The notes beneath the pieces are model-generated. The model saw only the letters and a list, made by a program, of their open reading frames with translations. It did not search any database and was not told where the DNA came from. A DNA stretch of 64,000 bases from Monocercomonoides exilis PA203 (taxonomy: Eukaryota > Protista > Preaxostyla), in the NCBI GenBank assembly GCA_001643675.2, contig LSRY02000040.1, forward strand, positions 914,992 through 978,991, read 5' to 3'. Position 1 is the first letter of the stretch. Each line of letters starts with the position of its first letter. The position numbers and the translations under genes were made by a program. Of the stretch, positions 54,728 to 64,000 are shown piece by piece.

Positions 54728-56161
54728 TCAAATATTTATAAAATAATCATAAATATTCAATGATAAACCACAAAAATATTTAAAGTCTAGAAAAGAAACT
54801 ACATCGTGAAAGCCAGCTATAACATCTTCGTATCCTTCTTCTTCCATCTTTTCAAACATTTCCATTTTTGTTGCATTTCTTTTCACTTCTTCAGATTCTT
54901 CATCCTTCTCTTTCAATCTTTCTGAAATATTCAAAAAGAAATACAAGCAATCATACATAATTCCATCATCCAAAGTTGATTGCTTCATTTCCTCCAAATA
55001 GAGACCAACAGCTCCACTTTTCAAAAAGTCATCAATTTTCACATTTCTCTTTTCTACTGCTCTTCTAAAAGTAAAAATGCTATCACGGCTTATATCTGGG
55101 TAATTATCTCTTGATGCTCGAAACACTTGAACAATGCAGCTGATAAGTCCTACAAGTTCTTCATTCCACAATTCGCAGAAGTAAAAGTAATCATAAATTG
55201 CATCAAGCCATCTCCAGATTATTTTCACTTCTTTCACTTCTTTAACTCCTCCTTCTTCTTTTCTCTTCCAATCTACACTCTTTGACAGATTTTCGATTTC
55301 TCTTCTTGCCTCTCTTGCAAAATGCAGCTCATTCACAATCACTTCTTCCAGGATTTTGCACCAGAAAAATCTTTTTGTCAAAAAGTTCCAAGTGGACTGA
55401 TAGGCAAGCTGTGTCGGATTCTGATTTTCCTGCTGATATTGAATAATATCTGTTATCCCATTCAAATATAGTTTTTGTTCAATTTTCTAATTAAAAATCG
55501 AAAAATATGCAAAAATATCAAAATGGAAATTGAAATGCTCATGCAGTTCCATCATCAATGCAACTTAACGCAAACAAAGACATTTCCACTTCTTTTTTGT
55601 TCTCCTCGCTTTCCTCTTTCTTCAAGGCAACTTTCAGTAGACAGGGCACACAAATAGACAGCAATTTTGATAAAAATGAATAGTTGAGAAAAAGATAGCA
55701 TTCGCAAATGTCAACAAAAAGTTTTTCGTTCTTTTTATCTTTTATCTGCCGTTCTTCCATGTACTTTTCCCTTCTTTTGCTTAACATTGATTCTTTAAAG
55801 CTTCAAATGAAAAATTTTTTCTTCACATAGAAACGACAAATGCGCTTTAGGAATACGAATGCATTTTCCAAAGTCAATTTCTTTTTTTTAATCATATCAT
55901 CTATTTTATTGAACAGTTTTATTGATAAAATGGATTCAATTTCTTCATTATTCATTTTCTCCATAGTTTTATTCATTTCAAGGATTTTCTTTCTCTGCTC
56001 AATTTCATACCTATTTTCCAGTTCAGAAAACAATTCTTCCAAAATAATGCAAACATATCAAATGTAATGTTTCAAAGTTTAATAATAATTCGCAAACTAT
56101 AAAAGTTATATGTATATGACAGCTCCTGAACATCATCATTAGATTTAGTAATATTGCACAT
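54728..56161 (-). pseudogene. Helical-repeat-like multigene family, copy F, probable pseudogene (exons 56161-56098, 56035-55545, 55486-54728)
   Basis: In-frame TGA at 55803-55805 in exon 2. The intron-2 donor is GCATGA instead of GT. Exon 3 is intact. Confidence 0.75.
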
Positions 56162-57661
56162 TTCTATTTTGTTTGCTGTACGAATGGTCAATTTGCGCGA
56201 AACATCATATTAAAAACAAAATAACAAAAAATAAAGAATTGATGATTGTTGACAAAACAATGATAAAGGCCAAACTTAATTCCTTTGATTAGTTAAAAAA
56301 ATCAGTGTTAAAAAAGATGTCACAAAGAAGGTAACGGTTCAGGTTATTTTAAGTCATAAACGAAAAAGTTAAATTTCTGTCAGATCAGATTATCAATAAT
56401 TTGTTCCAAGGATCTCGATGGAATTTCGAATGAAAACTTGAACGAATTGAGAAATAGCCCACATATATGGAAATGAATGCTTCAGCCATTAAAAAAAATA
56501 TATCGATAGTTGAAAACCTTGATTTATTTTTTTTCATAGAAAACAGTTGTTGAAAAATGATATGGAGCAAAATTCTTTGATTTATGAATAAAACAATTTT
56601 TTTGTTCCAAACTTTTTCTGCTTTCATTTCATAAAAAGATAATCAAAGCCTGGGTGATTGATTGAAAAATTGATAGAAACGTCAGTTTGCTAAATTTTTT
56701 CTCGTCAGTGGAAAGTTACAATTTAACTCTTGATTTTGGATAATAAGACATAATGTTCATTACAATAAATATTTTCAGCTGTATTCAATAATGATTTAAG
56801 AACTTTATCATATTTCTTTTCAAGAAAAGATTATGAATCATAACAATTACACTTAATTTGAAAAATGATTTTATTTCAGTTTCACATTCACATTGAATGA
56901 TGGTTGTTCAGTGTGCATATTGTTGTATAACCTAATAACTGCGTGTGTTATTCTTTCAGGGCAGCAGGCGGAAAAGGAAGAAAAAAAGCTCAAAATGGAA
57001 TAATTTTTTATCCAGGATCAATATCGAATTAAGAAAGCGAATTCAGACAGAAACTTTGCAGAAAAAATGGATTTGGATGTGAAATTGAAGAATCAACTTC
57101 ATAAACACTTGAAAAAGTAAGTGATTATGAATTTTTGTTGAAAAAACTGTTCATTTTGAAACAAAACATTGAAATAATTCTCAATATATGTTCGTTTTAT
57201 GTTCAAAGTTTTTTTTGAAGAAATTATTATTAATTTGTTTCATTCAGTCACTGAAGGAACCGTAGATTTTTAAAATTTTCGGAAGAAAAGTGCGGAAAGA
57301 AAATGACAAATCGAAGAAAGTCAAGATATTTCGAAGATGATCTCATTTGGATTTGACGTGGATTATTTTCGAAGAAAGATCATTTTTGTGAGAGAAGAAA
57401 ATTGAAAGATGAAGAGATGGAACATTAAAGGGATTGCATGTGTTTTCCATTGGAAATGGAATGAAGAATTTGTTCGAGTGAATTGTGCAATGGATTTGGA
57501 GGTTTCTACACAAGAAGAATACAGAAGCAAAAGATAATTGCCTAAAAATGAGAATGTTAAAAAAAGTGCATAAGCACCTTTATTGTCAAGAAAATCTTCA
57601 ATCAATTCCTTCTCTTATAATTGAGAACCACGATCTATGGGTAGTCGCCACGATCGGATCA

Positions 57662-58585
57662 ATGATGCAATCACCATTTTTCCCGCAGACAACTGGACTT
57701 ACACCGGCAACCGAAGCAGCCTCACTGCCAGGTGGGGTGCAAAGCCAGCTTGGGGTCCAAACGCTCCTTCCACCAATTCCTTCTTCTGCGTCGGTATCTT
57801 CACAATCAAGTCTTCCAGATACAGCGGCAAGAGCAACCGAAGAAAAGAGCACAGAAGAAGAAACAGACTCAGACTTGCACGAAAGGGCTGCTGACGTTTT
57901 TAATAGCATTTTCGGTCAGGAACCAAATAGATCCATTTTTGATCTTCAACTTCCTGCCTTTTCAATAGAAAGTATTGAACAAGAATACGCGCTTCAGGAT
58001 CTAAGCCCAGTATTGCAGCCAGCGCCTCCCCCCTTCCAAAAATCGGCCAATTGGTTTAATAATTCGTTGGATTCTCTGGGATAAAGAATAGAGATGTGTT
58101 TGTATCAGGCTTTCAAGGCTCAGCTTCTGAGCTTGGCTGACTCAGACCCTCATCGGGAAAGTGCACAAAGGGGAGCTGACGCGTTACTGCTTATTGCGAA
58201 GGCATTGCAGGAGGCGAGAACAACCAGGCTGCAAGGAAGATTTGGTTTTCGGATGGTGGAGCAAATGAAATCAGAAAATGTGACGGGATTATTAACCGAA
58301 CGCCAGGAGCAGATTTCAAAGGAGACAAGATTAGCGACAAGCTCCTCAACCCCCGTTAAAGTTACGAGCAGAAAGTCAACAAGTTCCTTATGGTCTAAAG
58401 GAGAGAGGAGCTCTGCAACACAGGGGCTTCCAAGAAGAAATTACACTGGCCCAAGAAAGATCTGGGGCTCACAGTTTTTTCGGAGAGGACCCCGCTCACA
58501 GGCAACACGAGAAGGAAAACGGCAGAGAGATGGATGGACCACAACGAACTGGAGATACTACAGCCGAAGTCGGGGTCAACAATAG
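57662..58585 (+). pseudogene. gag-like ORF1 of the DIRS element, with one in-frame TAA at 58082-58084
   Basis: ORFs 57485-58084 and 58094-58585 are in the same frame. The product has a basic R/G/S-rich C-terminus and lies upstream of pol. Confidence 0.65.
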
Positions 58586-60585
58586 AGAGGGGAGATGGAG
58601 CGAGGAAAGGAGTCATGGGCAGGACAAGGATTGGAGGAAGAACGGAGTTTTTCATAGAGGCTTGGGAAAGAATTGGTGGTGCCAAGTTGATAAAACAGGG
58701 CGTGCAGGCGATGTGGAAAAGCAAACATATGAGAAGGAAGCTAAGGGATATGCCGTTCAGAGATGGAGCCGTTCACTCAAACGAAGATCAAAGAAAGGTG
58801 TTCGCAGATCTTCTGCAGGAACAGATAGAGATAGGAATTGTGGAGGAGATAAGGTCAGAGGAAGTGAGGCACAGGAACAACGTGTTTATGATCAGAAAGA
58901 AATCGGGAGCATGGAGGCAGATACTGGATTGCCGGAGATTGAACGCTGCCTTGATAAAGACGCACTTCAAATGCGACAACGAAAAGACAGTGGAGCGTGT
59001 TCTGAGAGGACAAGATTACGCAGTTACAGTGGATTTGCAACAGGCCTACTATCTGCTTCCGGTGTCCAAAGACCTAAGACCATATTTGGCTTTCAGATTT
59101 TCTGGAAAAGACTACACATTCAGAGGAATGCCGTTTGGTTTCGTAGACGCCCCAAGAATTTTCACGCACGTGATGAGGAAGGTGACTTCAGAAATCAGGA
59201 AACGATGGGATGTTCGTGTGATCGCATATTTGGACGATTTCCTTATATTACACGAGAACAAGGAATACTTAGCACAGGCCGCCAAAGAGATTATCAGGTT
59301 TCTGGAGGAATTAGGTCTTTTGGTAAATCAGGAGAAAAGCCAGTTGAGACCAAGAAGAAGGTTTTCTTTCCTTGGCTTCGAGTGGGACTCGTCGAAGATG
59401 AAGGTTCGGCTTGCGAGAGACAGAAAAGAAGCACTGACTCGCTTGTGTCGCAGATGGGAAAAGGAGTGCGTAAAAGCAAGAATTGTGAAAGTGAAAGATC
59501 TGGCTTCCTTTATTGGAAAACTCAACGCTGTTCGGTTTGTTCAGCCAGACGCTTCTCTATGGCTTCACTCCATGCATCGTATGCTTCAGAAAGGAATAAA
59601 GGAAAGAGGATGGAAAGGCAAATTGAGGTTGAATGCGTCAATCCTGCAACAGATTCGGCAATGGATATCGAAGTTGAGAGCACACCCAAGACGCAGACTT
59701 ATCCCAGTATTTTCCCCGGATGCAACTCTTACAACAGATGTATCGGAGACGGCTTGGGGAGCATCTCTTCTCTTGAATAACCAGCTCCTTGATAACCACA
59801 ATCCATTCCCCCACAGAGTGAAATAGCAATCGTCCAATTTCAGGGAACTAATGGCAGTATTTCTTGCTCTGAGCCACTTCTCACCAATCCTTCAGGAACA
59901 TCACGTGTCCTTTCTTCACCTAAGATCGGACAATACATCCGTGGTGTTCAACATAAACAGATGGAATGCAGGGAAGAAGCTTCGACCAGTGCTGAGGAAA
60001 TTATGGAGACTAAAACAAGATCTAGGCATAGAGTTGAGAGCGTCACATGTTCCAGGTGTACTGAACACAAGAGCAGATGCGTTATCACGACTGGAGAGAG
60101 CAGGAGACTACGAGGTGCAGGACGAAGAATGGGAAAAGATAATGACGAAACTAAACATTGCTCCAACGCTGGACGCGTTTGCAGCGCAACACAATCGCAA
60201 AGTGGGAAGATGGTGCGGAATAGGAAGTCAGCTTGCAGAAGACGGACTGATGTTTCCCTGGAAGAACGAAGTCGTGTTAGCTCATCCACCGATCCCGCTT
60301 GTGATTCCGACGATCCAGAAAGCACGACAGGAGAGAGCACAAGTGATATTACTCCTGCCGAATTGGAAGGGACAGAATTGGGAGAGCTTGTTAAGGTCCA
60401 TTCCCCATTTGGAATGGACTTGGAAGAATCAGAAGGAGGTTCTGCGGAAGGGTCCATCGATGCAATGGACAGGTGCGAGTCTTCCACCAGGTCGATTGAG
60501 GATAATCTGGCTGAATGCACCTTATGCGATGAGGAACAATGGTGGAAGAATGCATTGGAACAAAAATCAATCCCTTTCTCGTTAG
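58534..60585 (+). pseudogene. DIRS pol: reverse transcriptase, RNase H and Dam-like adenine methyltransferase domain, with one in-frame TAG at 59824-59826
   Basis: RT motifs: WRQILDCRRLN, VDLQQAY, MPFG...APRIFT, YLDD, FLG. RNase H motifs: TDVSETAWGA, SSNFRELMAV, SDNTSVV, HVPGVLNTRADALSR. MT motifs: DAFA..HN.K, DGL..PW, AHPPIPL, LLPNW..Q.W. Confidence 0.92.
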
Positions 60586-61259
60586 CAGAAGAGTGCAGAG
60601 CAGGCATATCCAGGAGCACATGGCGAGGGTATCTGTATGGATTTGCTCATTTTGGAAAACAATGGAGAGAGTGTGGACATGGAAGAATACCGGAGTCTAT
60701 TCAAGAGTGGGCCGCATGTTGTGCAAATGTGTTTCTATCGCTTAGGAACGGTGGCATGAAGTTAACTTGCCTTCAATTGACAAGGGCAGCAGTATCGCTT
60801 TACTCCAATATTGTATTCTCTTCCTTCCTTGGAGACATCCCTATTATTCGTACCCTTTTTAGATCGTTCCGAAGGACGGACAAGTCAAGAAAGAAGAAGA
60901 CAGGAGACATTTGGAATCCTCGAATAGTGCTTGAGTTCTTTTCTGGCCTGGGACCAAATGAAGGGTTAAGCTTTAAACAGCTCACTATGAAAGTGATTGT
61001 TCTAACGATGTTGTTTTCAGCTTGTAGATTCACGGAGCTCGAGAGGATCAATATGTTGGAAAGCAGGTTTGAGGAGGAAGGCGTGTATTTGGACACAAAG
61101 TTGAAGACCTCAAACACACGCACGGAGATTGCTGTTCCGTTCTTACCAGAACTGAGTTTGATTTGTCCCGCATCAGCGATCCAGGAATTGTGGAAAAAAG
61201 TCCAAGAGAAAAACAGTCACACAGACAAATTGCTTCTTAACACAGAGAAACTAGGTTAG
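59796..61259 (+). CDS. DIRS tyrosine recombinase ORF overlapping pol in another frame, truncated before the HxxR/Tyr catalytic residues
   Basis: Core-binding region STWRGY...F..F, then IWNP.IVL, LSFKQLTMKVIVL, SACRFTEL (catalytic Arg), KLKT (Lys) and ICPASAI. The stop codon is supplied by the first telomere repeat. Confidence 0.88.
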   Translation, partial: PQSIPPQSEIAIVQFQGTNGSISCSEPLLTNPSGTSRVLSSPKIGQYIRGVQHKQMECREEASTSAEEIMETKTRSRHRVESVTCSRCTEHKSRCVITTGESRRLRGAGRRMGKDNDETKHCSNAGRVCSATQSQSGKMVRNRKSACRRRTDVSLEERSRVSSSTDPACDSDDPESTTGESTSDITPAELEGTELGELVKVHSPFGMDLEESEGGSAEGSIDAMDRCESSTRSIEDNLAECTLCDEEQWWKNALEQKSIPFSLAEECRAGISRSTWRGYLYGFAHFGKQWRECGHGRIPESIQEWAACCANVFLSLRNGGMKLTCLQLTRAAVSLYSNIVFSSFLGDIPIIRTLFRSFRRTDKSRKKKTGDIWNPRIVLEFFSGLGPNEGLSFKQLTMKVIVLTMLFSACRFTELERINMLESRFEEEGVYLDTKLKTSNTRTEIAVPFLPELSLICPASAIQELWKKVQEKNSHTDKLLLNTEKLG

Positions 61260-63893
61260 GGTTAGGGTTAGGGTTAGGTTAGGGTTAGGGTTAGGGTTAG
61301 GGTTAGGGTTAGGGTTAGGGTTAGGGTTAGGGTTAGGGTTAGGGTTAGGGTTAGGGTTAGGGTTAGGGTTAGGGTTAGGGTTAGGGTTAGGGTTAGGGTT
61401 AGGGTTAGGGTTAGGGTTAGGGTTAGGGTTAGGGTTCAAACTAGGTTAGGGTTAGGGTTAGGGTTAGGGTTAGGGTTAGGGTTAGGGTTAGGGTTAGGGT
61501 TAGGGTTAGGGTTAGGGTTAGGTTAGGGTTAGGGTTAGGGTTAGGGTTAGGGTTAGGGTTAGGGTTAGGTTAGGGTTAGGGTTAGGGTTAGGGTTAGGGT
61601 TAGGGTTAGGGTTAGGGTTAGGGTTAGGGTTAGGGTTAGGTTAGGTTAGGTTAGGTTAGGGTTAGGGTTAGGGTTAGGGTTAGGGTTAGGGTTAGGGTTA
61701 GGGTTAGGGTTAGGGTTAGGGTTAGGGTTAGGGTTAGGGTTAGGGTTAGGGTTAGGGTTAGGGTTAGGGTTAGGGTTAGGGTTAGGGTTAGGGTTAGGGT
61801 TAGGGTTAGGTTAGGTTAGGTTAGGTTAGGGTTAGGGTTAGGGTTAGGGTTAGGTTAGGGTTAGGGTTAGGGTTAGGGTTAGGTTAGGGTTAGGGTTAGG
61901 GTTAGGGTTAGGGTTAGGGTTAGGGTTAGGGTTAGGGTTAGGGTTAGGGTTAGGGTTAGGTTAGGGTTAGGTTAGGGTTAGGGTTAGGTTAGGGTTAGGG
62001 TTAGGTTAGGGTTAGGGTTAGGGTTAGGGTTAGGGTTAGGGTTAGGGTTAGGGTTAGGGTTAGGTTAGGGTTAGGGTTAGGGTTAGGGTTAGGGTTAGGG
62101 TTAGGGTTAGGGTTAGGGTTAGGTTAGGGTTAGGTTAGGGTTAGGGTTAGGTTAGGGTTAGGGTTAGGGTTAGGGTTAGGGTTAGGGTTAGGGTTAGGGT
62201 TAGGGTTAGGGTTAGGGTTAGGGTTAGGGTTAGGGTTAGGGTTAGGGTTAGGGTTAGGGTTAGGGTTAGGGTTAGGGTTAGGGTTAGGGTTAGGGTTAGG
62301 GTTAGGGTTAGGTTAGGGTTAGGGTTAGGGTTAGGGTTAGGGTTAGGGTTAGGGTTAGGGTTAGGGTTAGGGTTAGGGTTAGGGTTAGGGTTAGGGTTAG
62401 GGTTAGGGTTAGGGTTAGGGTTAGGGTTAGGGGTTAGGGTTAGGTTAGGGTTAGGGTTAGGGTTAGGGTTAGGGTTAGGGTTAGGGTTAGGGTTAGGGTT
62501 AGGGTTAGGGTTAGGGTTAGGGTTAGGGTTAGGGTTAGGGTTAGGGTTAGGGTTAGGGTTAGGTTAGGGTTAGGGTTAGGGTTAGGGTTAGGGTTAGGGT
62601 TAGGGTTAGGGTTAGGGTTAGGGTTAGGGTTAGGGTTAGGGTTAGGGTTAGGGTTAGGGTTAGGGTTAGGGTTAGGGTTAGGGTTAGGGTTAGGGTTAGG
62701 GTTAGGGTTAGGGTTAGGTTAGGGTTAGGGTTAGGTTAGGGTTAGGGTTAGGGTTAGGTTAGGGTTAGGGTTAGGGTTAGGGTTAGGGTTAGGGTTAGGG
62801 TTAGGGTTAGGGTTAGGGTTAGGGTTAGGGTTAGGGTTAGGGTTAGGGTTAGGGTTAGGTTAGGGTTAGGTTAGGGTTAGGGTTAGGGTTAGGGTTAGGT
62901 TAGGGTTAGGGTTAGGGTTAGGGTTAGGGTTAGGGTTAGGTTAGGGTTAGGGTTAGGGGTTAGGGTTAGGGTTAGGGTTAGGGTTAGGGTTAGGGTTAGG
63001 GTTAGGTTAGGGTTAGGTTAGGGTTAGGGGTTAGGGTTAGGGTTAGGGGTTAGGGTTAGGGTTAGGGTTAGGGTTAGGGTTAGGGTTAGGGTTAGGGTTA
63101 GGGTTAGGGTTAGGGTTAGGTTAGGTTAGGGTTAGGGGTTAGGGTTAGGGTTAGGTTAGGGTTAGGGTTAGGGTTAGGTTAGGGTTAGGGTTAGGGGTTA
63201 GGGTTAGGGTTAGGGTTAGGTTAGGGTTAGGGTTAGTTAGGGTTAGGGTTAGGGTTAGGGTTAGGGTTAGGGTTAGGTTAGGGTTAGGGTTAGGGTTAGG
63301 GGTTAGGGGTTCAAGCTAGGTTAGGGTTAGGGTTAGGGTTAGGGTTAGGGTTAGGGTTAGGGTTAGGTTAGGGTTAGGGTTAGGGTTAGGGTTAGGGTTA
63401 GGGTTAGGGTTCAAAGGAAACTTGGATTGAATTGGGATTGGGTTGGGGTTGGGGTTGGGGTAAGGGGTTTGAGGTTTAGGTTAGGGTTAGGGTTAGGGTT
63501 AGGGTTAGGGTTAGGGTTAGGGTTAGAGGTTAGGGTTAGGGTTAGGGTTAGGGTTAGGGGTTAGGGTTAGGGTTAGGGTTAGGGTTAGGGTTAGGGTTAG
63601 GGTTAGGGTTAGGGTTAGGTTAGGGTTAGGGTTAGGGTTAGGGTTAGGGTTAGTAGGGTTAGGGTTAGGGTTAGGGTTAGGGTTAGGGTTAGGGTTAGGG
63701 TTAGGGTTAGGGTTAGGTTAGGGTTAGGGTTAGGGTTAGGGTTAGGGTTAGGGTTAGGGTTAGGGTTAGGTTAGGGTTAGGTTAGGGTTGGGGTTGGGTT
63801 GGGTTAGGGTTAGGGTTGGGTTGAGGGTTAGGGTTAGGGTTAGGGTTAGGGTTAGGGTTAGGGTTAGGGTTAGGGTTAGGGTTAGGGTTAGGG

Positions 63894-63934
<41 letters not shown>

Positions 63935-64000
63935 GGTTAGGGTTAGGGTTAGGTTAGGGTTAGGGTTAGGGTTAAGGGTTAGGGTTAGGGTTGGGGTTGC
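61252..64000 (+). repeat. Telomeric array (TTAGGG)n with TTAGG and TTAGGGG variants
   Basis: About 2.75 kb of G-strand repeats run to the end of the window. Confidence 0.99.

Larger units (their letters stand above)
57600..61255 (+). mobile_element. DIRS-like tyrosine-recombinase retrotransposon, 3'-truncated by the telomere
   Basis: GC content rises abruptly at ~57600. A gag-like ORF, an RT-RNaseH-MT pol and an overlapping YR ORF follow in DIRS order. The left boundary is approximate. Confidence 0.92.

Noticed and set aside
55803-55805. In-frame TGA as selenocysteine
   Set aside because: It aligns to non-Cys residues (Y/E/V) in paralogs, and the copy has a second lesion.
59948-60619. 223-aa antisense ORF in the DIRS element
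   Set aside because: No recognisable motif; a likely by-product of dual-frame constraint on the plus strand.
61251-61439. ORF encoding (NP)n
   Set aside because: Translation of the telomere C-strand.
61252-64000. TTAGG and TTAGGGG variants as a true mixed telomere repeat
   Set aside because: Cannot be separated from long-read homopolymer errors without accurate reads.
1-64000. Host-wide TAA/TAG=Gln code; CRISPR arrays; rRNA/tRNA genes
   Set aside because: Intact genes end in TAA and multi-kb ORFs have no internal TAR. No repeat-spacer array or recognisable structural RNA was seen.

Overview
AT-rich eukaryotic chromosome end. The last ~2.75 kb (from ~61251) is a (TTAGGG)n telomere. Short GT-AG introns (58-116 nt, donors mostly GTTTG/GTATG), the standard genetic code and poly-Ser/poly-Glu proteins fit a protist, most like the oxymonad Monocercomonoides (inference). 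The window holds six near-complete copies and one relic of a three-exon, ~430-450 aa helical-repeat-like gene family whose members are patchwork mosaics of each other. It also has a ~5,170-aa LRR protein with a ~650-residue charged single-helix rod, head-to-head with an intronless secreted GH25 lysozyme. A ~1,890-aa TmcB/TmcC-like multi-pass membrane protein ends in a hemerythrin domain that has lost the two histidines of the O2-binding iron. There is an ABCC transporter pseudogene. A DIRS-type tyrosine-recombinase retrotransposon (gag, RT-RNase H-methyltransferase, YR) is cut inside its recombinase ORF and capped directly by telomere repeats, and a relic of a related recombinase sits at the window start. 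All calls come from reading the sequence by eye; no searches were run.
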